Virus record (IMG/VR): IMGVR_UViG_2751185968_000013
Source of the DNA: a virus
Lineage: Duplodnaviria > Heunggongvirae > Uroviricota > Caudoviricetes
Length of the DNA stretch: 10,613 nucleotides
Direction: 5' to 3' (one strand)
The position numbers were made by a program, and so were the translations under genes. This document shows, one piece after another, positions 1 through 7,152 of the stretch (positions within the stretch are counted from its first letter, which is position 1; every line of letters starts with the position of its first letter). The notes below the pieces were generated by a model. The model searched no databases and was not told where the DNA came from. It worked only from the letters and a program-made list of their open reading frames with translations.

Positions 1-165
1 TTTCTGGTGCGTACCGGGCTGAGAGGCGGTGTAAGTGAACTGTAGTTGCCATGTTTTACGGCAATGAGAGCAGAGATAGCGCTGATGTCCGGCAGTGCTT
101 TTGCCGTTACGCACCACGCCTTCAGTAGCGGAGCAGGAAGGACATCTGATGGAAATGGAAGCCAC
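1..165 (-). CDS. insA: IS1 InsA (N-terminal 55 codons, partial; GTG start at 165)
   Basis: Minus-strand translation from GTG at 165-163 gives [55 protein letters not shown], the zinc-finger N-terminus of InsA. The listed + strand ORF 46-255 is its antisense. Confidence 0.85.
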   Translation of the reverse strand, partial: MASISIRCPSCSATEGVVRNGKSTAGHQRYLCSHCRKTWQLQFTYTASQPGTHQK

Positions 166-220
166 GCAAGCACCTTAAAATCACCATCATACACTAAATC
201 AGTAAGTTGGCAGCATTACC
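1..220 (-). mobile_element. IS1-family insertion sequence, partial (left inverted-repeat end plus start of insA; continues beyond window start)
   Basis: Reverse complement of 1-220 reads GGTAATGCTGCCAACTTACTGATTTAGTGTATGATGGTG... followed by the insA reading frame, about 90% identical to the canonical IS1 left end as I recall it. The terminal inverted repeat ends at 220. Confidence 0.9.
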
Positions 221-634
221 AGAAATTTCATGTTTTAACTCATCATTATCTATAATATTTTTATGTGCATTCTCAATATATTTAGATATTGACAACTTCA
301 AAGGAGACTGTTCGTTAATGAAAGTTTTCTCCTGTTCTTTTTCACTTAATGCTAATTGTCCTTCTTCAGTATCCCACCATTTCTCAGCATATGCAGACAC
401 CAATAATTGTGCATATTCGGGTAAGTCACCATTAGATTTTGTTTTTAATTTTATATGATTTTCCCCAATTGCCTCAGCAAAATGCTTCAAAAGGTCTTGC
501 CAACATGGCACACCAAGATAACGACGAGACACACCGGAGCCGACAAATAACACTGGGGATGCTTCGAACTGCTTAAAATGCTCTTCGAGTTTTTTCTTAA
601 AATTCATACGGATACTATCTTTAAAAGAAATCAA
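221..634 (-). pseudogene. SIR2-like (sirtuin/ThsA-like) gene, N-terminal 138 codons only; 3' part cut off by the IS1 insertion at 220/221
   Basis: ORF 194-634 (-) starts at TTG 634 (SD-like AAAGGGG 1 nt upstream; alternative ATG at 607). Residues 27-49 PVLFVGSGVSRRYLGVPCWQDLL and 69-78 GDLPEYAQLL match the SIR2 N-terminal pattern recalled from ThsA (hFxGxGxS...G..W..LL...ndL..AQ). The last 8 codons plus stop (GNAANLLI*) are encoded by the IS1 inverted repeat, so the native ORF continued. GC content is low compared with the P4 backbone. Confidence 0.55.
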
Positions 635-997
635 GCCCCTTTATACTGATTACATTAAGATATTGCGGCTTACACCACCAGTAAATTGGTCAATTTTACG
701 TAAGAAATTTAATTATTTAGATTCAATTAATTATTAGATTAACTAATTGACTATCACTCCTGATGTAGCCGAATTGCTGTACCTTTGTTACGATGTAGGG
801 CTCAATCAAGGGTCCACTCCCCTTTTATAAGTAATCATGACTTTAAATTTAGGCTTAGGTGGAGCATTACTGCCGATTAGGTTCAATAAAAAGGCTTACC
901 TTAGTGAAAACTCGGCTATTTGGCACTGCTGACCAATTCCTCGTTTGAATAAGTCAGCAGCTTTCAATTTAGAGGCGAATGTGCGCTTTTAGATAAC

Positions 998-2266
998 TCA
1001 CTCGCCATTACCCCGATTGATCTTCGCATAGTCAAACGGCGTAATCCCCTTCTCCCGGTTCGCATCCAGAAAATCAGCCCACCACTGCAACATCAGCTTG
1101 CGCTCATCCAGATGTTCCGCTTTATGGATATACGCCGCCCTCACCGAATTGCGTTCCATATGGCTCATCTGCCTTTCCACCGCATCCTTCGACCATAACC
1201 CTGACTCAATCAATGAGCTACAGGCCATAGTGCGGAAGCCGTGGCCGCAAACCTCAACCTTGGTGTCATAGCCCATCACCCGCAATGCACTGTTCACCGT
1301 GTTTTCACTCATGGGCTTACTCGGATCGTGATCGCCAATAAAAATCAGCTCATGTTCGCCACAGAACTGTTTTATCTGCTTCAGGATCGCTAGCGCCTGC
1401 TTTGAAAGCGGCACCAGATGAGGTGTACGCATCTTTGCTCCTCGCTGAGAATGTTTCACACCGGGAATAGGTTCTCGCTCAGGCGGGATGGTCCACATTG
1501 ACGTTTCAAAATCGATTTCTGACCAGCGAGCAAAACGCAGCTCACTGGATCGAATAAAAATAAGCAGGGTAAGTTCGGTTGCCCAGCGGGTTAGTGGCCT
1601 GCCGGTGTATTCATCGATTTTCTGGAGTAATTCCGGGATACGCTTTAACTCCAGCGCCGGACGATGCTGTCGATTACTGGAAGCTACCGCCCCCGCCATC
1701 TCTTGCGCCGGATTGTAATCAATTAACCCGCTTTGCACTGCATAACGCATGATGGCCGTGGTGCGCTGTTGAAGGCGGGAAGCCACTTCAAGACGTCCGG
1801 ATTTCTCCACGGCTTTAATAGGAATTAACAGATCGCGGGTGCCCAGTTCAGCAATATTGTGGGAACCAATTGCCGGGAAGATATTGTCCTCCAGGCTCTT
1901 TTTTACACGATTAGCATGCTCTTCCGACCATTTTTGGTTGGTTACGAGCCACTCTCTGGCAACCTTCTCGAAAGTAATAATCTCTTTCGCCTGCTCTTCT
2001 TTCACAGCACGCTTATGCTCACGAGGATCGATACCAGCAGCTACCAGCTTTCTGGCCTCTTCCCTTTTCTTCCGCGCATCCGCCAGCGAAACATCCGGGT
2101 AAACGCCGAACGCCATCAAATGTTGTTTACCGCCAAAACGGAAACGAAATCGCCAATACTTTGAACCGCCAGGTTTTACAAGTAAGGACATGCCGTCGCC
2201 GTCAACAAGTGAATACTCTTTCTCCTCAGGTTTCGCAGAGCGAACTTTAGTATCCGTTAGGGCCAT
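998..2266 (-). CDS. int: P4-type tyrosine integrase
   Basis: Protein MALTDTKVRSAKPEEKEYSLVDGDGMSLLVKPGGSKYWRFRFRFGGKQHLMAFGVYPDVSLADARKK... with C-terminal catalytic region (HGFR, HMERNSVRAAYIHKAE) typical of P4/CP4-57-family integrases. Start chosen at ATG 2266 with SD GGAAGGAAG 7 nt upstream; the listed ORF start at 2344 is an in-frame extension without SD. Confidence 0.9.
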   Translation of the reverse strand: MALTDTKVRSAKPEEKEYSLVDGDGMSLLVKPGGSKYWRFRFRFGGKQHLMAFGVYPDVSLADARKKREEARKLVAAGIDPREHKRAVKEEQAKEIITFEKVAREWLVTNQKWSEEHANRVKKSLEDNIFPAIGSHNIAELGTRDLLIPIKAVEKSGRLEVASRLQQRTTAIMRYAVQSGLIDYNPAQEMAGAVASSNRQHRPALELKRIPELLQKIDEYTGRPLTRWATELTLLIFIRSSELRFARWSEIDFETSMWTIPPEREPIPGVKHSQRGAKMRTPHLVPLSKQALAILKQIKQFCGEHELIFIGDHDPSKPMSENTVNSALRVMGYDTKVEVCGHGFRTMACSSLIESGLWSKDAVERQMSHMERNSVRAAYIHKAEHLDERKLMLQWWADFLDANREKGITPFDYAKINRGNGE

Positions 2267-2292
2267 AATGGTCTTCCTTCCATTGGTATCTC

Positions 2293-2344
2293 GTGAGTAT
2301 ACAAGCAATATCGAATCGGCAAATATACTCATTAGTATACTCAC
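2293..2344 (-). promoter_or_regulatory. Candidate int promoter/operator: 10-bp inverted repeat GTGAGTATAC (2293-2302) / GTATACTCAC (2335-2344), with a third partial copy TATACTCA at 2324-2331 overlapping TATACT-like -10 hexamers
   Basis: Repeats read directly from sequence, 27-78 bp upstream of the int start codon. Role as an Int or repressor binding site is inferred. Confidence 0.35.
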
Positions 2345-2350
2345 AAGCCT

Positions 2351-2385
2351 GTTGATGTGGGTTGAGTCAGGTTGACTTCAGTTGA
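2351..2385. repeat. Four GTTGA pentamers in exact 10-bp phase (2351, 2361, 2371, 2381); candidate arm-type recombinase binding sites
   Basis: gttgatgtgg gttgagtcag gttgacttca gttgagggga read directly. Located between int and the att core. Function is inferred. Confidence 0.4.
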
Positions 2386-2429
2386 GGGGAAAAGCTGGAA
2401 AAGCCTTGTGTAGCGCGGATTTCAGGCAT

Positions 2430-2455
2430 AAAAAAAAGACCTCAGTTGAGGTCTA
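2430..2455 (-). terminator. Rho-independent terminator (minus strand) between att core and int
   Basis: Minus strand reads AGACCTC-caact-GAGGTCT followed by T8 (+ strand A-run 2430-2437; stem 2437-2443 / 2449-2455). Confidence 0.55.
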
Positions 2456-2467
2456 TTTACATACTTT

Positions 2468-2490
2468 TGGTGCGAAGGCCGGACTCAAAT
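2468..2490 (-). other. att core: tRNA 3'-end-like sequence (minus strand ATTTGAGTCCGGCCTTCGCACCA)
   Basis: Matches a tRNA T-arm/acceptor/CCA end, close to the tRNA-Leu (leuX) 3' end GAGTCCGGCCTTCGGCACCA that forms the P4 att core as I recall it, with one missing G. No full tRNA lies upstream of it; P4-like sequence is on both sides. Confidence 0.6.
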
Positions 2491-2682
2491 ATCAAAATAA
2501 GTTAATGATAAAAAACAAATAATAAAACACAACAATGAAATATGCCCCCTTTTGTGCCCCCACTGTTTTTCTGACCAATCTATTTTCAGCCCATCAATAA
2601 ATCGGAAAGTTAAATAATTTTTAATCAGTAAGTTTGATCCGTAGCCCGGATCCAAACCAGTGCATCTTTTATCCACATAAAA

Positions 2683-2975
2683 AATTTTTTTTCGAAAGAA
2701 CTGTTCACACTGTTCACCATTTAATTTTCTCCTTTTATTTCAGAGTGATAGGTGGTGAATAATGGGTGAAGGGTGAACATTCGATTCTTCACCTCCGGCA
2801 TTCTGCCGGTGTGACTCATACCGGTGATTAATCCCCCGTACTGAAAATCGCACAGGGAGAAAAAAGTTTTTTTTGATTTGATTGTTCACACTGTTCACCT
2901 TTCATTTTTCTCTTTTAATTTCAGTGTGATAACGGGTGAATATACGGTGAAGGGTGAACAGTGGATTGTTCACCT
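2683..2975. repeat. crr-like cis replication region: two ~115-bp direct repeats (period 181 bp) each carrying alpha-binding type I iterons
   Basis: Unit A: TGTTCACA 2702-2709, TGTTCACC 2711-2718, GGTGAACA 2772-2779. Unit B: TGTTCACA 2883-2890, TGTTCACC 2892-2899, GGTGAACA 2953-2960, TGTTCACC 2967-2974. P4 crr is described as two 120-bp repeats separated by ~60 bp containing TGTTCACC octamers. Confidence 0.75.
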
Positions 2976-2992
2976 TCGGGGGAGGTCGGGAT

Positions 2993-3017
2993 AAAAAAAG
3001 ACCGGCAGATGCCGGTC
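2993..3017 (-). terminator. Rho-independent terminator just downstream of alpha (minus strand)
   Basis: Perfect palindrome GACCGGCA-ga-TGCCGGTC (3000-3017) followed on the minus strand by T7 (+ strand A-run 2993-2999), 8 bp past the alpha stop codon. Confidence 0.7.
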
Positions 3018-3024
3018 AGGTGGG

Positions 3025-5358
3025 TCAGGTTGTTGCAGGGTCGTCACATTTTGGCAGCCAGTCGCCGTAGCTTTCCTCTTTCAGTGTCAGGTTGGTCTGT
3101 ATCCCCTGTTTGGTATGGCGCTTCTCGTAATTCAGTCCGTATTCCTTCAGCATCACCGGCAGCCCCAGCCCGAACATTTTCAGACTGAGTACATTCCGGT
3201 AGCCGTTTGCCTCCATGTAGGCCAGATAGGCGTGATAGAGGTATTTACGGTAATTACGCGGGATGATACTGGCGTTCCCCATATACATGCCGCTGGTCTG
3301 CGGCAGGGTTTCCAGATAGCCGATAAAATCAAACGTCGGGTCGGCATCCCGTTTGATGTTCAGCGCCTCGTCTGAGTTCTGCTGGGACTGAAGCAGTGAC
3401 CGGGCGAGCATCGGGTCGCTGAACTTCTGCATCAGGTGACGCACGATGACCGCCAGCTCGCGGGTGATTTTGTCCTTAAGCTGCGGGTCGCGCTCCTGCG
3501 GGGCTATCTGTTCCGGGAAGTGAATAATCACCCGCCGGCGTGACACGCCGCCGCTGCGGTCGGTGAAGCGCATCGGGTTATTGTTCACGGCCAGAATCAC
3601 CGCCGGGATATGCGTGGAGTACGCATCCCGGTATTTCGGGTCCACGGACACCGCATCGCCGCCGGTGATGGCCTTGAGTCCGGCACCGTCGCCGCTCCAT
3701 TTTTCCTGGTCCGGCAGGCGTATCAGTGAGAAGCCAGTTAACGCGGCACGTTCACGCGGGGATTCCAGCGTCTCAATGGTGGCCGACGTGGCGTTATCCT
3801 CCCCGGCCAGCAGGGTGGCGATTTCGGCCATGATACTTTTGCCGCTGCCGCCGGGACCGGTCACCTCCAGAAAGAGCTGCCAGTCGTAGCGGTTTGCCAG
3901 CACCATAAACAGTGCGGCCAGAATCACGTCGCGTTTTTCCGCACGGCCACCGGCGGCACGGTCAAGCCAGCGCCAGAACGCGGGGGCGTGGGTTTCCAGC
4001 GTTTCCCCTTCCACCGGTGGGGTGAAATCCACATCGCACAGGGTACGCATCCAGTGTGACGGACTGTGCGGGTGGAACGTGCCGTTCTGTGTGTCGAGCA
4101 CACCGTTACGAAAGCCAATCAGGCGGCGGGAGGGGGCTTCCTGCTGCGGAATAATCAGCTTCAGGGTGTCCACCACGGAGGCCACCTTCCCGGAGGAGAA
4201 CGGCGCGCGCAGACGCTGAAACAGCCCGGCCACATCCCGGGCAAAGTCCAGTGGCGGCAGCACCTTCCAGACACCATTTTCATAGCGGGACAGAAGCTGG
4301 CCGTTGGCATCGACCGCGAGCGCCTCGCCGTAATGCTCATAGATACGCATGGCCTTTTCGCTGGTACTCATGGCGGAAAACTCTGCTTCGCTCATGGTGT
4401 CGAACGGGCTTTCAGCCGGTGGCCGGATGGCATCGTAAATGGCCTTACGGGTGACCTCCCCGCCGTACTGCGTGAAGGCATCATTCCAGTCACCGAAGAC
4501 CGGCGGCAGGGCAACAACACCTTCACACGCATCTGCGGCTGCGGCGGCTTTTTTCTGGCCGTCACCGCTGAGGTCACGGTCTGCGGCAAGGACAATCTGA
4601 CAGGCCGGATGCTTCTGCCGGGCAAGGCTGGCCAGAGAAAGGAGGTTCACGGAAGAAAGCGCCACCATCACCGTTTCACCGGTCAGGTGATGTACGGTAA
4701 GTGCGGTCGCGTATCCCTCCGCTATCCACAGACGTTTTCCGGCCTGATTCTGTCCTTCAAGGGTGTGACAGGTGCCCCTGACCTGTCCGCCTTTCAGGGT
4801 GCGCTTACGGCCGTCAGCACTGATTAATTGAAGGTTAACCAGTTCGCCGCTGTCGTCATACAGTGGCACCACAAGGTCACCGGCGCGCCAGCTCACGCCA
4901 CCGGCTCTGTGTGTGCCGGTCAGCATCCGGCATTCCCGGCCGGGAAAGCCCTTGCGGGTCAGGTAGGCGTTACCGGTTCCGGGACGGGTTTTTGCCATCA
5001 GGGTTTGTGCCAGTGCGGCGGCGTTCTTCCGGGCAGCGTCTGTTTCAGCAACGGCGGCGGCCGTCACTGCCGGGTCAGCCGGGGGCAGACTGCCGGTCAC
5101 GGCAGCCACCTTTGCGGCCACGTCGGACGGGGAGACACCAAACACCTTTTCAACCAGTTTCAGGCCGTCACCGGCACCACACTGATTGCAGTACCAGGTG
5201 CCGCGCCCCTCCCTGTCATCAAAACGGAAGCGGTCACTCCCGCCACAGACCGGACAGGGCTGATGATGGTTCTTCAGCACCTGAATCCCCAGCGCCGGGA
5301 GAATACGCGGCCAGTGGCCGAGCGCATGGCTGACGGTGGCGGTTACGTTCATTTTCAT
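3025..5358 (-). CDS. alpha: P4 alpha-type multifunctional replication protein (primase, helicase, iteron-binding)
   Basis: 777 aa, the length recalled for P4 alpha. N-terminal zinc-finger primase motif CPVCGGSDRFRFDD...WYCNQCG, Walker A GPGGSGKS in the helicase region, SD AAGGAG 9 nt upstream of ATG 5358. Positioned next to the iteron repeats. Confidence 0.9.
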   Translation of the reverse strand: MKMNVTATVSHALGHWPRILPALGIQVLKNHHQPCPVCGGSDRFRFDDREGRGTWYCNQCGAGDGLKLVEKVFGVSPSDVAAKVAAVTGSLPPADPAVTAAAVAETDAARKNAAALAQTLMAKTRPGTGNAYLTRKGFPGRECRMLTGTHRAGGVSWRAGDLVVPLYDDSGELVNLQLISADGRKRTLKGGQVRGTCHTLEGQNQAGKRLWIAEGYATALTVHHLTGETVMVALSSVNLLSLASLARQKHPACQIVLAADRDLSGDGQKKAAAAADACEGVVALPPVFGDWNDAFTQYGGEVTRKAIYDAIRPPAESPFDTMSEAEFSAMSTSEKAMRIYEHYGEALAVDANGQLLSRYENGVWKVLPPLDFARDVAGLFQRLRAPFSSGKVASVVDTLKLIIPQQEAPSRRLIGFRNGVLDTQNGTFHPHSPSHWMRTLCDVDFTPPVEGETLETHAPAFWRWLDRAAGGRAEKRDVILAALFMVLANRYDWQLFLEVTGPGGSGKSIMAEIATLLAGEDNATSATIETLESPRERAALTGFSLIRLPDQEKWSGDGAGLKAITGGDAVSVDPKYRDAYSTHIPAVILAVNNNPMRFTDRSGGVSRRRVIIHFPEQIAPQERDPQLKDKITRELAVIVRHLMQKFSDPMLARSLLQSQQNSDEALNIKRDADPTFDFIGYLETLPQTSGMYMGNASIIPRNYRKYLYHAYLAYMEANGYRNVLSLKMFGLGLPVMLKEYGLNYEKRHTKQGIQTNLTLKEESYGDWLPKCDDPATT

Positions 5359-5372
5359 GGTGTTGTTCTCCT

Positions 5373-5693
5373 TCAGTGCAGTACCGGCGCTTTTATGTGA
5401 CGGGCACAGAGTTCATCCATCACAACCAGCCCGAGAAAGGACAGCGACGGTGCGGCCTTCAGGGGGCCGGATTCCATTAAATCTTCCAGCAGGGCACAGG
5501 CTATCTGACGCCCTTTTTCCTCACCGTGCTGGCGCAGATAAAAGCCTTCCAGCTCAGCGGCGATGGCCGCCTCCAGTGACTCAAGGGTGAGATGCGGGTA
5601 GCGGTGCTGACGTTCGCACACGGTCAGCCAGGCACAGGCGACAGCACGACGGTAAAGGGCTGCGCGTAAGACGGGCGGTAAGGGTGTTTTCAT
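5373..5693 (-). CDS. Hypothetical protein, 106 aa, immediately upstream of alpha in the same operon
   Basis: ORF with SD GGAGG 7 nt upstream of ATG 5693; stop 15 nt before the alpha start. No recognisable motif. Confidence 0.55.
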
Positions 5694-5828
5694 TTGCTTT
5701 CCTCCCTGTGACAGATGACTGCATTCCGTGCCGGTTGCATTAACTGATAAGGCATATCTGCGTCTCCTGAAGACGTGCGTATCCCTGCGCGAATACGCAC
5801 ATTTAATTTTTCGGGTGTCGTTTTTTAA

Positions 5829-6284
5829 TTACAGATAATTGCGGTAACTGTTATCCGGGGTGATTTCCGGGTCAGGCTCCGTGCGGGGAATTTCCCGCCA
5901 TTCCCGCGCTACCGGTGCTGCCCGGCTGACCGGAACAGTGTCCTGCGGGTAAATATCCAGATATTTCTCCCGCCATTTCTGTAATTCCGGGTCTCCGGCC
6001 ATTTCTTTCAGTACCGCATGCCGGTTTACGGGGCTGCGTTTAAACAGGTCAGGACGGTCACAGGTAAATTCCCGCAGAAAACGCCCCAGCGGGATGTCTG
6101 TGGTGCGCCCGTCGGCGAGGATACGCACAAGGATACTGAATTTACGGCGGTACGGGTTCCAGACAATGTCCGGGCAGCGGTACGGCATTTCCCACGGAAT
6201 ACCGTCTTCCAGAATGCCGACCACGGCCACATCGGGAAAACCGGCAGAACGGTAAATCTCACCGGGCTGGGGAAAATCAAACAT
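5829..6284 (-). CDS. Hypothetical protein, 151 aa (same length and position as P4 orf151)
   Basis: ATG 6284 with SD GGGAG upstream; its start overlaps the epsilon stop (ATGTTTGA). Position between epsilon and alpha, and the length, match P4 orf151. Confidence 0.6.
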   Translation of the reverse strand: MFDFPQPGEIYRSAGFPDVAVVGILEDGIPWEMPYRCPDIVWNPYRRKFSILVRILADGRTTDIPLGRFLREFTCDRPDLFKRSPVNRHAVLKEMAGDPELQKWREKYLDIYPQDTVPVSRAAPVAREWREIPRTEPDPEITPDNSYRNYL

Positions 6285-6564
6285 GCGTCCTGTCTCCCCG
6301 GTCTTTCTGCTGGGCGAGAAAATCGCGGCACAGGCCTTTGGCTTTCAGCTCATTCAGCACAAAATCAATATCTTCATTCAGGTAGCTGAAAATATGCGGA
6401 ATGTAGAGCTGATGCAGGCCGGAGAGTTCACGGTGAATCAAATCACCCCCAACAAACTGGGATACGGCGCTGGCGCGGTTGAGCTTATGGTAAGCCTCAA
6501 TGCTGAGGTGTTCACGGGCGTCATGACGTGCTGAGACGGTCTGAGGGGCTTTTTTATTACGCAC
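6277..6564 (-). CDS. epsilon: P4 epsilon-like derepression protein (95 aa)
   Basis: GTG start at 6564 with SD GGAGG 6 nt upstream gives exactly 95 aa ([10 protein letters not shown]...DRGDRTHV), the length recalled for P4 epsilon. The listed 190-aa ORF 6277-6849 is an unsupported 5' extension. Confidence 0.6.
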
Positions 6565-6754
6565 GGGACACCTCCACCACCGGCAGACGGGCAGCAAGGG
6601 AGAGCACATAGTCACGGACAAGGGAACGGCGGGCACTGCGTTCATCACCGGCCACGGTGCGAAGCATACAGATACGGGGATGACGGTCTGCGCGACGGAC
6701 AGCCGCAAACACAAAGACAAATTCAGGGTGTGAGGGGGTAAGGGTTGTAGCCAT
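6557..6754 (-). CDS. Small ORF (65 aa), first translated gene of the left operon; possible kil analogue
   Basis: ATG 6754 with strong SD AGGAGG 8 nt upstream; stop overlaps the epsilon GTG start (translational coupling). Lies directly downstream of the seqC-like hairpin. The longer in-frame ORF to 7201 lacks any SD. Confidence 0.35.
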
Positions 6755-6784
6755 GATGGCAGCCTCCTGTGAATAGCAAATAAC

Positions 6785-7081
6785 GCTATCGCCGGAGTTC
6801 TCACGCTCGATGGCGATAGCCCAGACGGGGGTGAGAATACCGGCTTCACAGGATACCGGCCAGCCCGGAGGCTGCCCCGCCTGAGCTACCATTGACTCTG
6901 CGGCATAATGAGCGGACGCGGGCAGGATGCACGGAATGCCATCTGCACGACTGACCACACACCACACCATAATCTGGCGCTCTGTGGCATTGATTGCGAC
7001 ACAAAAAAAGACGCGTGGCGCGTCATATGTCGCCTGTGAATTGCTCGGGTTCTCACGCCCGGCTGCCGATTTTGCGGCAGC
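6785..7081 (-). promoter_or_regulatory. Candidate P4-type RNA immunity leader (seqA / CI-RNA seqB / seqC arrangement)
   Basis: Direct repeat GTTCTCACGC at 7049-7058 and 6797-6806 (+ coordinates; transcribed as GCGUGAGAAC), with a partially complementary GTGAGAAT at 6831-6838 between them. The downstream copy sits in the 18-nt loop of a 9-bp stem (GCTATCGCC 6785-6793 / GGCGATAGC 6812-6820). A 7-bp hairpin (7062-7068 / 7075-7081) sits at the predicted transcript 5' end. Confidence 0.35.
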
Positions 7082-7087
7082 GGAAAA

Positions 7088-7117
7088 ACTATATCCGCAA
7101 ATGCCGGAAAAAGGCAA
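7088..7117 (-). promoter_or_regulatory. Candidate sigma70 promoter for the left operon (PLE-like)
   Basis: Minus strand TTGCCT (-35; + 7112-7117), 18-bp spacer, TATAGT (-10; + 7088-7093), just upstream of the immunity leader and downstream of vis. Confidence 0.4.
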
Positions 7118-7152
7118 GCCAGAAAAAGGGAGTTTTTGCAGAGCGGGCATCA

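Noticed and set aside
46-255. 69-aa ORF on the + strand
   Set aside because: Lies entirely antisense to IS1 insA and crosses the IS1 terminus; an artefact of the IS sequence.
207-458. 83-aa ORF on the + strand
   Set aside because: Antisense to the SIR2-like gene, no RBS, low-complexity composition.
927-960. Inverted repeat CTGCTGAC...GTCAGCAG downstream of int as a terminator
   Set aside because: 8-bp stem but an 18-nt loop and no adjacent T-tract on either strand; not confidently a terminator.
998-2344. 448-aa version of the integrase ORF
   Set aside because: The extra 26 N-terminal codons have no SD and run through the promoter/operator repeats; ATG 2266 with a strong SD gives the typical MALTDTK... 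start.
2468-2580. Possible complete tRNA gene at the att site
   Set aside because: Only the 3'-terminal ~20 nt are tRNA-like; the upstream sequence on the minus strand has no D-arm or anticodon-arm structure.
2485-2676. 63-aa ORF on the minus strand between att and crr
   Set aside because: AT-rich, low-complexity translation, no RBS, sits in the recombination/replication control region.
2683-2975. CRISPR array (repeated short motifs)
   Set aside because: Octamer iterons in both orientations with irregular spacing and no uniform repeat/spacer units; explained as alpha-binding iterons.
3115-5400. Multiple + strand ORFs (e.g. 4066-4827, 4828-5400, 4863-5333, 3563-3889)
   Set aside because: All are antisense to the 777-aa alpha gene in GC-rich DNA, with Arg/Gly/Pro-rich translations typical of spurious frames.
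6277-6849. 190-aa ORF
   Set aside because: Only the C-terminal 95 codons have an SD-preceded start (GTG 6564); the upstream part overlaps the kil-like ORF in another frame.
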